NCBI GenBank assembly: GCA_903880095.1
Contig: CAIRNX010000038.1
Coordinates: forward strand, 5,399-69,398
Source: an uncultured Micrococcales bacterium
GTDB taxonomy: Bacteria > Actinomycetota > Actinomycetes > Actinomycetales > Microbacteriaceae
Direction: 5' to 3'
DNA: 64,000 nucleotides
Shown: positions 1 to 7,360 of the stretch, in pieces
How positions within the stretch are numbered: the first letter of the stretch is position 1
Layout: each line of letters begins with the position of its first letter
Notes under the pieces: generated by a model
Databases searched by the model: none
What the model saw: only the letters and a program-made list of their open reading frames with translations
What the model was told of the DNA's origin: nothing
Made by a program: the position numbers and the translations under genes

Positions 1-1
1 C

Positions 2-112
2 CTCGCAACCGGTGACGTTTTTGAGATGATTCTGGGTCGGTGGGACACTCCAGACAACATCAATACTGGTGACATCTACATCGTTGGCGCTCGCATAACC
101 CCCAATTTTTAG
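2..112 (+). CDS. 3' end of an unidentified CDS entering from the left edge (partial)
   Basis: Frame 2 is open from the window edge to TAG at 110-112 (...GDIYIVGARITPNF*). Only 36 codons are visible and no family is recognisable. Confidence 0.25.
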   Translation, partial: LATGDVFEMILGRWDTPDNINTGDIYIVGARITPNF

Positions 113-133
113 TTCGCTAGGACGGCTTAAGAA

Positions 134-580
134 TTGACACAACAACCATTGCTCAAAACATTTCTTTGGTTTCCGGGGAATATGGCCGAAGCACTCGACT
201 TTTACGAAGAAACCTTCGGCGCGACGATTCACTCAAAGAACATGAACGGCGAGGAGCTTTTCACTGCCGACTTCGAGATATACGGCCAGGCTTTCATTGG
301 TCTCAACTGGCCGGGCGGGCCCGCCTTCAACGACTCAATCTCTTTGAGCATCAACGTTGACGGTCAAGACGAGGTCGACAGACTTTGGAACGCAATTACC
401 AAAGAAGGCAAAGAGAACCAGTGCGGCTGGTGCTACGACAAGTGGGGTGTCAGCTGGCAGGTAAGCCCAATTCAGATGCGCGACCACCTAGGCAACCCAG
501 ACCCTGAGAAGCGCGCCTACGCCAACGAAGCACTCCGACGCATGAAGAAGATTGTCATCGCCGACTTCGTGAAGCCTTAG
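134..580 (+). CDS. VOC (glyoxalase-fold) family protein, PhnB / 3-demethylubiquinone-9 3-methyltransferase-domain type
   Basis: 148 aa. FLWFPGNMAEALDFYEETFG near the N-terminus and CGWCYDKWGVSWQV near the C-terminus are motifs I associate with this family. The TTG start at 134 keeps the conserved first strand. Confidence 0.72.
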   Translation: MTQQPLLKTFLWFPGNMAEALDFYEETFGATIHSKNMNGEELFTADFEIYGQAFIGLNWPGGPAFNDSISLSINVDGQDEVDRLWNAITKEGKENQCGWCYDKWGVSWQVSPIQMRDHLGNPDPEKRAYANEALRRMKKIVIADFVKP

Positions 581-1551
581 CCTTCTAAAATGACTCTGAT
601 TCGACGCAGCGTCTCAACCTGGTAGTCAGGGATCATCTCGCGATGCTCTGGGTTCGTTGTCTCGTAGAGGTAGTTAAGCAGCAGAATTCTGCGCTGCAAC
701 AAAAGCAACTTCATTTGCTGCTCGCTATAAGCCGGCAACTCTGAGACGGTTTTGTAACCAGCCAAAAGCGCCTCTTCTTGCTCGGGTGTGTCCAGATAAT
801 ACAACGACGTTGCCAGATCTTGCACCGGCAACCCAATACCCGAGTCATCAAAGTCAAAGACAAAGACAGACAACTCCCCCTCGTGCCACATAACGTTCCA
901 TGGGTGAAGGTCGGCATGAATGGGCTGCGGCTTGTCGGTTTCTTGTAATTCGGCGAGGGCCTTCTCGACCTTTACCTTGGCCGCCGCAACCAGTGCCTTG
1001 TCAGGCGAACTCAACTCGCTTGAATCACCCAACAACATGTCGGGGCTCCCCCAGAAGAAGTCTGAGTATTCAGGCAACTCGCAACCAAGCGGCAACACCA
1101 AACCTTTTGTCTCACCATGCAGCTTTGCCATCGCAGCTCCGAGAGCAAAGAGCTGCTCATCGGTCGGTTCATCGCCAGGCTCTTCACCATCTAGCCAGGT
1201 GTAGAGAACCGCGGTAAGTTTTCTGCCCGTAGCCTCGTGCCAACCCGTGGTGACAAACGAGCCATCCTTGTTCGCCACAGGTTTTGGCGTCTTCACCGAC
1301 TCAATCGCATTGACGATGAAGATCTCGGCATTGAGGTTTTCGATTGACCGCTGAGAGTTGACGTTGATTCGCAAAGCGAAAGTTTCACCCGAACCAGCAC
1401 TCACCTTGAAGGTCGAGTTGTATTCATGGTTGATTGACTCGGCCGCCGGGGCAACAAGAGAGTATTGCTCGAGAACCTCGGCAACGCACGCGCACAGGCT
1501 CTCAACCTGCTCGTCGCCAGTCATACCGGCAAAATCTGCTGCGTTTGTCAT
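577..1551 (-). CDS. phosphotransferase family protein (APH / homoserine-kinase-II-like small-molecule kinase)
   Basis: IHADLHPWNVMW (HxDxxxxN catalytic loop) and FVFDFDDSG (DFD metal site). The ORF-track start at 1713 is rejected because its first 54 codons read through a tRNA fragment and a hairpin. ATG at 1549-1551 is chosen instead (325 aa). Confidence 0.8.
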   Translation of the reverse strand: MTNAADFAGMTGDEQVESLCACVAEVLEQYSLVAPAAESINHEYNSTFKVSAGSGETFALRINVNSQRSIENLNAEIFIVNAIESVKTPKPVANKDGSFVTTGWHEATGRKLTAVLYTWLDGEEPGDEPTDEQLFALGAAMAKLHGETKGLVLPLGCELPEYSDFFWGSPDMLLGDSSELSSPDKALVAAAKVKVEKALAELQETDKPQPIHADLHPWNVMWHEGELSVFVFDFDDSGIGLPVQDLATSLYYLDTPEQEEALLAGYKTVSELPAYSEQQMKLLLLQRRILLLNYLYETTNPEHREMIPDYQVETLRRIRVILEG

Positions 1552-1574
1552 CCTGCTAATCTGCCACAAAAAGT

Positions 1575-1609
1575 AAAATCCCGGCCCTCGTGAGAAGGAA
1601 CCGGGATTT
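1575..1609 (-). terminator. hairpin with T-run directly 3' of the tRNA-Lys fragment (probable original tRNA-Lys terminator)
   Basis: AAATCCCGG...CCGGGATTT 9-bp perfect stem plus inner CC/GG pairs. On the minus strand it is followed by ACTTTTT. It is paralogous to the hairpin at 2523-2568. Confidence 0.45.
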
Positions 1610-1611
1610 CG

Positions 1612-1659
1612 TGCACCCCTCGGACTTGAACCGAGAACCCACTGATTAAGAGCCAGTTG
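1612..1659 (-). pseudogene. truncated tRNA-Lys copy (3' ~48 nt, anticodon arm to acceptor 3' strand); att-like direct repeat
   Basis: 1620-1652 is identical to 2580-2612 (33 nt). Outside that core there is one C-run indel and one mismatch in the anticodon stem. The D-arm and 5' acceptor strand are missing. Confidence 0.85.
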
Positions 1660-1715
1660 GCGAAAAGCCCTAAACGCCTTTAGCCAGGGGCTTGCGGCCG
1701 CGCTCGCCGACATTT

Positions 1716-1735
1716 CGTGCCCAATACGTGCCCAA
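1716..1735 (+). repeat. two tandem copies of the 11-bp unit CGTGCCCAATA
   Basis: CGTGCCCAATA CGTGCCCAA, preceded by TTT as in the larger array at 2391-2433, and in the same orientation. Confidence 0.9.
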
Positions 1736-1860
1736 CGAAAAGAAGCCTAAGCTTCTTTTCCAGCAGCGGAATAATTTAGTAGAACCAACAATGGGGCATT
1801 GAATAAGATGAGCTGTGATAGATTTTTGTCGGTTTTGCCGCAAATGGAAAGGGCCTTCCC

Positions 1861-2292
1861 ATGAAAGAATTCCTAATCGAAAATCGTTTTGCATCTCCCC
1901 ACCAACCTAGTGTCACTTATGACTTGATGCTGAATGCGCTGGTTAACGTACCCGAGATTCATCGACCCAACGGAGATTCAAACTCGAATACCTTCAACAT
2001 AGTGTGGCGTTGGAAAGCAGTACTTAGTCCGTCGATAGTCCAAGTGAGGATTTCTTTACTTCCTAGAGAATCCGGGACTGAAGTTTTTATGAAAACTGCT
2101 TTTGGCTCGATTCTTGCTTCAAATACGGATCGTTTGAGGGCAGAACAAGTTCACCGGAAGTTGACCGAGATTTTTGGTGCAGCCTTTGGCGAATTCGTTG
2201 TAGCTTCTGATGAGAACAAAGTTTGCCCCTTTTGCGCTGAAACGATTAAGGCAGCCGCAAAGGTTTGCAGGTATTGCGGGCGCGACGTCTAG
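1861..2292 (+). CDS. hypothetical protein with C-terminal zinc-ribbon
   Basis: 143 aa with an ATG start; the only ORF of useful size inside the islet. The C-terminus is CPFC-x13-CRYC. The first ~120 aa match no family I recognise. Confidence 0.55.
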   Translation: MKEFLIENRFASPHQPSVTYDLMLNALVNVPEIHRPNGDSNSNTFNIVWRWKAVLSPSIVQVRISLLPRESGTEVFMKTAFGSILASNTDRLRAEQVHRKLTEIFGAAFGEFVVASDENKVCPFCAETIKAAAKVCRYCGRDV

Positions 2293-2390
2293 ACATAAAA
2301 CGGTGTTGAGTGTCAACTTGCTGCTAACGGCCTGACTTTAGTTGTCGAATAGACCCCAAACCGCGTTTATGGGTCATCACTGACGCTTTT

Positions 2391-2433
2391 CGTGCCCAAT
2401 ACGTGCCCAATACGTGCCCAATACGTGCCCAAT
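2391..2433 (+). repeat. four tandem copies of the 11-bp unit CGTGCCCAATA (helically phased array)
   Basis: Units at 2391-2401, 2402-2412, 2413-2423 and 2424-2433 are perfect. They are followed by inverted partial copies (GGTATTGG at 2442-2449, CCAATA at 2465-2470). Confidence 0.92.
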
Positions 2434-2522
2434 CTGGTTGGTATTGGTTGTTACCTAATGATATCCAATAGCGGGGACAACGAAACGCGAGTTATCGGCA
2501 ACCCCGCTAAAGCCCAGTAGTT

Positions 2523-2568
2523 AAAAGGAAAAACCCCCGGTTCCTCGTGAGAAGGAAACCGGAGGTTT
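2523..2568 (-). terminator. rho-independent terminator of tRNA-Lys
   Basis: Imperfect ~13-bp stem (AAACCCCCGGTTCC / GGAAACCGGAGGTTT) starting 3 nt after the tRNA 3' end. On the minus strand it is followed by TTCCTTTT. Confidence 0.6.
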
Positions 2569-2570
2569 CG

Positions 2571-2643
2571 TGCACCCCCTCGGACTTGAACCGAGAACCC
2601 ACTGATTAAGAGTCAGTTGCTCTGCCGATTGAGCTAGAGGTGC
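2571..2643 (-). tRNA. tRNA-Lys (anticodon CTT)
   Basis: The 73-nt cloverleaf was folded by hand. Acceptor GCACCTC/GGGGTGC with one G-U; D stem GCTC/GAGC; anticodon stem ACTGA/TCAGT with loop CTCTTAA; T arm CTCGG-TTCAAGT-CCGAG; discriminator A. CCA is not encoded. Confidence 0.93.
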
Positions 2644-2742
2644 GTGTTGGAACTTGCGAACGCAACGAATGACAAGAATACCAGCAACTGCCTTTGGTTA
2701 CAAACGCTAGTTAGAATGACGTTAGAACACGAGGAGTTTGTA

Positions 2743-3213
2743 ATGGAATTGGCAAGACTTGAGGCGGGCCAAAAGGCCCCAGAGTTCACTCTCCCGAACC
2801 AGGATGGCAAGGATTTCTCGCTTTCGTCATTCAAGGGCAAGAAGACGATCGTCTATTTCTACCCAGCCGCTTCGACCCCTGGTTGCACCAAAGAAGCATG
2901 CGACTTTGAAGAGCACCTCGGTTCTTTGACCTCGGCTGGTTACAGCGTTGTAGGTATTTCGCCAGACAAGATTTCGAAGATCGCAAAGTTTCACACCGAC
3001 CAGTCGTTGCATTTCGACCTTTTGTCTGACGAAGAGCTTGTGGTTCACAAGGCCTACGGCGCCTATGGAATGAAGAAGCTTTATGGTCGCGAATACGAGG
3101 GTGTTCTGCGTTCGACTTTTGTTTTGGATGAGCAGGGTGTTCTAACCCATGCTTTGTATAACGTGAAGGCAACCGGTCACGTTGAGATGTTGAAGAAGCT
3201 GCTAGGCCTCTAG
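2743..3213 (+). CDS. bcp: thioredoxin-dependent thiol peroxidase (Bcp / PrxQ-type peroxiredoxin)
   Basis: FYPAASTPGCTKEAC carries the peroxidatic and resolving Cys pair. ATG 2743 has GAGGAG about 7 nt upstream. The longer ORF-track start would abut the tRNA. Confidence 0.9.
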   Translation: MELARLEAGQKAPEFTLPNQDGKDFSLSSFKGKKTIVYFYPAASTPGCTKEACDFEEHLGSLTSAGYSVVGISPDKISKIAKFHTDQSLHFDLLSDEELVVHKAYGAYGMKKLYGREYEGVLRSTFVLDEQGVLTHALYNVKATGHVEMLKKLLGL

Positions 3214-3591
3214 GTCTCGTTTAAGAAGGCTTGCTAGCGGTTTAGTGAACATCAGGGCTAGCACTGCGACGCTCGGAATGATTAGCGCCCAACCGATTGC
3301 AGGGTTGGCCGTTTCACCCTGAAACGATTCGTAGGCGATTGCTAACTGGGCGGTTTGCCAAAAGATGCTCGAAGACCTGGCCCAGCTTTTTAGTTGCCAG
3401 AGCCCTTTGCTGATTAACACTCCCCAAACCACGAAGGCTGCGATCAAGGCATCGAGTGCTGCCGAAAGCGCGAGACTCTTCTCGTGCCCACCAATGATGT
3501 TGATGATGCCGATGGCTAGGAAAACTGCCACTGCTAGTGACTCTGCCCCAGTGATGGTGACTAGGAGCAGTAGTTGGGCAGGCTTTTTCAT
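3202..3591 (-). CDS. small integral membrane protein, function unknown
   Basis: 129 aa with about four hydrophobic helices and an ATG start. No family is recognised. Its 3' end overlaps bcp by 12 bp. Confidence 0.55.
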   Translation of the reverse strand: MKKPAQLLLLVTITGAESLAVAVFLAIGIINIIGGHEKSLALSAALDALIAAFVVWGVLISKGLWQLKSWARSSSIFWQTAQLAIAYESFQGETANPAIGWALIIPSVAVLALMFTKPLASLLKRDLEA

Positions 3592-3688
3592 TTAATCCTT
3601 AACTTGGGTATTGCCAAATGGGCGTTCGCGTGAAACGATTGTCTAAGGAAATCCTCTCGCAAAACCTAGCTTTTTGCGCCTGTTTCCA

Positions 3689-3726
3689 GCCTAAGGCGTA
3701 GATGCCTAAGGCGTAGATGCCTAAAG
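3689..3726 (+). promoter_or_regulatory. 2.5 tandem copies of a 15-bp unit (GCCTAAGGCGTAGAT) upstream of whiB1
   Basis: Perfect copies at 3689-3703 and 3704-3718, and a partial copy at 3719-3726. The array ends 28 nt before the whiB1 ATG. Confidence 0.5.
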
Positions 3727-3754
3727 ACTTTTGCTCCCGATCACAAAGGAATAT

Positions 3755-4009
3755 ATGGACCTGCAGTGGCAAGACCAAGCACGTTGCCTTACCGAAGACC
3801 CAGAGCTCTTCTTCCCGGTCGGCAACACCGGTCCCGCTGTGGAGCAGATCGACCAGGCCAAGGCTGTTTGCCGCGAATGCGCTGTTGCAACTAGCTGCCT
3901 AGAGTACGCAATCAAAGAAAACCAAGACACTGGCGTTTGGGGCGGACTTTCAGAAGACGAGCGCAAGTCGCTCAAGCGCAAATACGCTCGCGCACGCCGC
4001 GCTGGCTAA
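3755..4009 (+). CDS. whiB1: WhiB-family (Wbl) iron-sulfur transcription factor, WhiB1-like
   Basis: Four Cys (C...C-x2-C-x5-C: ARC...CRECAVATSC), GVWGG turn and a basic tail. Convergent adjacency to pdtaS mirrors Rv3219/Rv3220c. ATG 3755 has AAAGGA upstream. Confidence 0.9.
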   Translation: MDLQWQDQARCLTEDPELFFPVGNTGPAVEQIDQAKAVCRECAVATSCLEYAIKENQDTGVWGGLSEDERKSLKRKYARARRAG

Positions 4010-5481
4010 AGCGGAATCTCAATAACCACTCTTGCTCCGCCTTCACGAGGCGAGAACCAACTAATGCTGCCTCGAAGTTCACCTTCGATTAGCGTGCGAA
4101 TAATCTGAGTGCCCAAACCAGGCTCAATCTTGCCGCCGGGGAGACCTTTGCCGTTGTCGCTCACCGTGATGATGAGCTTCTTTTGTTTGCGTTCGGCGTG
4201 AACCAAGACGTTTCCGGATCTTTCGTTGAGCCCGTGTTCGATCGCGTTTGTCACAATCTCGGTTAGTGCCACCGCGAGCGGTGTTGCCTTCTCGCTCTTT
4301 AGTTGACCAAAGCGTCCGTCGATGATTGTTCTGACGGTGGTGTTGTGGCTAGCGGCCACCTCGCTGACGAGCAGCAGGACTCGGTCGAAGACCTCGTCAA
4401 AACTAACCTCTTGGTTCAGGCCTTCTGACAGAGTGTCATGAACCAGGGCGATGGCGCTAACTCGGCGCATGGCTTGCTCGAGTGACTCTTTGGTTTCGTT
4501 GCTGTTGGCTCGTCTTGCTTGAATGCGAAGCAGGCTTGCAACGGTTTGGAGGTTGTTCTTTACGCGGTGGTGTATTTCTCGAATGGTGGCGTCTTTGGTG
4601 ATCAGTTCACGTTCTTGACGTCTGAGTTCTGAGACGTCTCGGCAGAGAATGATTGCACCGGTTCTCTCGTTCTCTAGTTTGATCGGTATTGACCTCAGTG
4701 AGAGGGTGGCCGACTTAGACTCGGCGTCTGCTCGCCTCGGGGCGATGCCACCTAGAACAACGGCGAGGTCTTCGTCTCCGCGGATTTTTGCCTTGGTGAT
4801 GAATGCGACCACCTCGGTCAGATTTTCAGACTCAAGTTCTCTCGGAAACCCGAACTTGGCGAAAGCACTGACCGCGTTAGGGCTCGCAAAGGTGACTTTG
4901 CCATGATTGTCTAGGCGAAGGAACCCGTCGTTGGCTCTCGGAGCGCCTCGCTTTGAGCCGGTTTGGTTACCCAAATCTGGGTATTGGGCATTGACCATCA
5001 TTTCGAGGAGGTCTTCGCCCGATTGCCTGAAGCTGAGCTGCTGGCGGGTTGGTTCTTTGGTTTCGCCGAGATTCGCGTGTCGAGTTACTACGGCTATTGG
5101 GGTCGGGTGCACTTCTAGATTTTTGGCGCTAACTCTTCTTCGCACAGGGATCGCGGCAATGCGGGTTGGGATGCCCTCGTACTGTGAGACTCCAGTGAAG
5201 TCCGTTGACTCGGCCGAGTCGAATGCTTGCTTCACCAGCTTGGCTAGCGACTTATCACCTGGGGTTCCGGTAACGTCTCGATAGAAAATTGTTGCCGAGG
5301 TCGCTGGGCGAGCGTGACCTGCCGCAACAAATGTGCCATCTTTGGTTGGCACCCAAAGCACTAGGTCTGCCGAGACAAGGTCGGCGACAAGCTGCCAGTC
5401 TGCGGTGAGCTGGTTCAACCAGTCGATGTCGGCGTTGGATGCGACACCTTGCTTTTTTAGTTGCTCGGTAAGTGTTGCCAC
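4006..5481 (-). CDS. pdtaS: sensor histidine kinase PdtaS-like (GAF/PAS - HisKA_2 - HATPase_c)
   Basis: EIHHRVKNNLQTVASLLRIQ H-box, plus NAIEHG, DNGKGLP and GLGTQI ATPase boxes. The N-terminus (DWQLVADLVSADLVLWV) resembles M. tuberculosis PdtaS. GTG 5481 is chosen (491 aa) and avoids a 74-bp overlap. Confidence 0.85.
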   Translation of the reverse strand: MATLTEQLKKQGVASNADIDWLNQLTADWQLVADLVSADLVLWVPTKDGTFVAAGHARPATSATIFYRDVTGTPGDKSLAKLVKQAFDSAESTDFTGVSQYEGIPTRIAAIPVRRRVSAKNLEVHPTPIAVVTRHANLGETKEPTRQQLSFRQSGEDLLEMMVNAQYPDLGNQTGSKRGAPRANDGFLRLDNHGKVTFASPNAVSAFAKFGFPRELESENLTEVVAFITKAKIRGDEDLAVVLGGIAPRRADAESKSATLSLRSIPIKLENERTGAIILCRDVSELRRQERELITKDATIREIHHRVKNNLQTVASLLRIQARRANSNETKESLEQAMRRVSAIALVHDTLSEGLNQEVSFDEVFDRVLLLVSEVAASHNTTVRTIIDGRFGQLKSEKATPLAVALTEIVTNAIEHGLNERSGNVLVHAERKQKKLIITVSDNGKGLPGGKIEPGLGTQIIRTLIEGELRGSISWFSPREGGARVVIEIPL

Positions 5482-5491
5482 GAAAACGAGT

Positions 5492-6346
5492 TTAGCCAGC
5501 CAACTTTTTCTCGCGGACCAATTGAGCAATGGCTTTGCGGAGTGGCGACTTGCTGCGTATTCCAATAAGAGGAGTTCCGTTTTTCAGGGCCGCGTCTTGG
5601 GCTTTTGGATCGTTTGGCAGATAGTGATCAATTTTCTTGTTGGTTAGCGTCTTGAAGGTTTGTTCAAGTTGACGTTTAGCGGTTGAACCCAGCGTTGAAG
5701 TTCGGTATTTGTTTGCGATCAACAGCGTTGGCTTGTCTTGTCGGATTTCTTGTAATTCGGGTTCGAGTGTCAAAAACCTTGCGATTGAAACCGGATCGGC
5801 GGTGAAGGTCGCGATGAGTAATTCTGAACTCTTGAGAAGCCAGCGGGTGAACTCATTTCGTTCGAGTGGTTGGGTGTGTGAATAGATGTGCGGCTCGATG
5901 TTGGTAGCGGTGTCGATAATCACAAAGTCAAAACCTTGGGTTGTGTGGTTTAGTAACAACTCGAACACATGCGGAGTTACCTCCGGCCACCGGGTTGGGT
6001 TTATGCCCGGAATCAAAGCGAAGCTGGTTTGAGCGGTTTTGAGAGTCATCGATTGGCTCTCAAACTCCTCTGGGTTTAGTCGGTTTTGCCTGGCGAATCG
6101 AAGCATCGGCGCTAAGCCGGCTGGGTGTTCGGCAAGCGAGAGTGCAATTGTCTGGCTTGGTGAATGGATGTCTGCATCAATTAGAAGAACTTTGGCTTTG
6201 GTTTTCGCTAGCTCTGCCGCGAGATTTAGAGCGATTGTGGACTTGCCGCTACCCTGGGTTCCCCAGACGGTGATCACCCGAAGATTTTTAGGCTTCGAAT
6301 TCCTTTGAGAGCGCCTTGTCGGCGGGGCTCCTAGTGTGAGAGTCAA
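5492..6346 (-). CDS. ParA/MinD/CpaE(TadZ)-like P-loop ATPase with atypical Walker A
   Basis: VWGTQGSGKSTIALNLA (P-loop) and KVLLIDADI (Walker B). The signature Lys of the deviant Walker A (KGGxGK[ST]) is absent. The TTG start overlaps the upstream stop (TTGA). Confidence 0.7.
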   Translation of the reverse strand: MTLTLGAPPTRRSQRNSKPKNLRVITVWGTQGSGKSTIALNLAAELAKTKAKVLLIDADIHSPSQTIALSLAEHPAGLAPMLRFARQNRLNPEEFESQSMTLKTAQTSFALIPGINPTRWPEVTPHVFELLLNHTTQGFDFVIIDTATNIEPHIYSHTQPLERNEFTRWLLKSSELLIATFTADPVSIARFLTLEPELQEIRQDKPTLLIANKYRTSTLGSTAKRQLEQTFKTLTNKKIDHYLPNDPKAQDAALKNGTPLIGIRSKSPLRKAIAQLVREKKLAG

Positions 6347-6933
6347 TGTTCTAGCGTGGTCGGTTGAAGAACCAATGCAATAGAAGAGTCAGTGGCTTTT
6401 GCTTTGAGCAGTTTTGGAATGAACTCTGGGAGACAGTTGACCTCTACCGAGGTGGCTTTCTGCCCGAGACTTGATTCGCTTCTTAGGTTTGCCACCTCGC
6501 AGTCGAGCGCAATTGCTGTCGGCTCGGCGCCGGTGGCATGTTCGGTCGACCAAACGTCGACTTGGCTACCAACCCTGAGTTCAAATGGCAGCCCGTCTTT
6601 GAACTGCAAAACCGTTGGCAATTGGGTTTGGAGAGGGCTAGGCGCCACATTGCTTCGACTGAGCAACTCACCTTGGGCGATGCGACTCACCAAGAAACTC
6701 CCGGCGGGCAAATTAGCAAGGTAGAGGCTTGCAGAGTCACCGATTCGAGCCTTGCCTCTGGTGAAGTCTGAGGCACTTACGAGAGTGCCCGAGGAGATGT
6801 CGTGACTTGCTATCAACACGGCCGTTGTGGCGCCCTGTGGCCATAGAAGCGCGGTTGCGGCACCTAGTGCAACGGCGATGGGTAAGGCGAGCCACGCACC
6901 TCTGCGTTTGCCAAGTCTGGTCACTTTTTGCAT
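6343..6933 (-). CDS. SAF-domain membrane-anchored protein (CpaB/RcpC-like)
   Basis: 196 aa. An N-terminal TM helix (WLALPIAVALGAATALLW) is followed by VLIASHDISSGTLVSASD, which resembles the SAF/CpaB N-domain. Confidence 0.6.
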   Translation of the reverse strand: MQKVTRLGKRRGAWLALPIAVALGAATALLWPQGATTAVLIASHDISSGTLVSASDFTRGKARIGDSASLYLANLPAGSFLVSRIAQGELLSRSNVAPSPLQTQLPTVLQFKDGLPFELRVGSQVDVWSTEHATGAEPTAIALDCEVANLRSESSLGQKATSVEVNCLPEFIPKLLKAKATDSSIALVLQPTTLEH

Positions 6934-6958
6934 TACTAAAGGTTGCTTGAATGCGTGA

Positions 6959-7360
6959 TCAGCGTTTGGGGTTATCCACAGCGTGCAATTCCAAAGTCTT
7001 GATAGCCGCTATCGGAACACAGAATTCTCTAAAGATGAGAAGTTTGCCTTCAACGGCTAGAAGTTTGCCTTGGATTCGCTCCGTGTCTGTTTCGATGCGA
7101 ATCCAATTTGAAGTCAACGTTTCGATTGTTTCGCGCGCTTTTCGCCCACTTGTTTTCGATTTACCCGGTGCGACACGAAACGACTGAGTAAACATCGTTA
7201 ACCGCCAAACCGCTGTGTTAGTCACGAAGCCGCTGAAGTGGTCAATCCCGAAGTCGACTCGCTCTAAGCCAATTGGGGTGCACTCACAGAGTTTGTTGAA
7301 ACGAGGTTGCAGTCGATCGAAGGTTGCTTCGAGGTCGTCGAATAGGGCGTCAAAGTTCAT
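6959..7360 (-). CDS. hypothetical protein
   Basis: 133 aa with an ATG start and no recognisable family. It looks somewhat AT-richer than its neighbours. It is divergent from the Rv3235-like gene across an AT-rich 118-bp spacer. Confidence 0.5.
   Translation of the reverse strand: MNFDALFDDLEATFDRLQPRFNKLCECTPIGLERVDFGIDHFSGFVTNTAVWRLTMFTQSFRVAPGKSKTSGRKARETIETLTSNWIRIETDTERIQGKLLAVEGKLLIFREFCVPIAAIKTLELHAVDNPKR

Larger units (their letters stand above)
1612..2619. mobile_element. putative degenerate or non-autonomous integrative islet bounded by tRNA-Lys-derived direct repeats (no integrase)
   Basis: Same-orientation repeats of the tRNA-Lys 3' portion lie at both ends. The interior is visibly AT-richer, holds one orphan ORF, and has 11-bp repeat arrays near both ends. 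Confidence 0.45.

Noticed and set aside
1552-1713. N-terminal 54-codon extension of the kinase ORF (track start 1713).
   Set aside because: The extension is translated through the tRNA-Lys fragment and the terminator hairpin. A clean ATG at 1551 gives a full-length APH-type protein.
2391-2433. Possible CRISPR array, given the short perfect direct repeats.
   Set aside because: The 11-bp units are contiguous with no spacers, which is far too short for a CRISPR repeat, and no cas genes are present. I treated it as a protein-binding repeat array instead.
7037-7071. Direct repeat AGAAGTTTGCCTT x2, 21 nt apart, considered as a possible regulatory repeat.
   Set aside because: It lies inside CDS 6959-7360 and encodes the repeated peptide GKLL (…QGKLLAVEGKLLIF…). 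It is a coding repeat, not an intergenic site.
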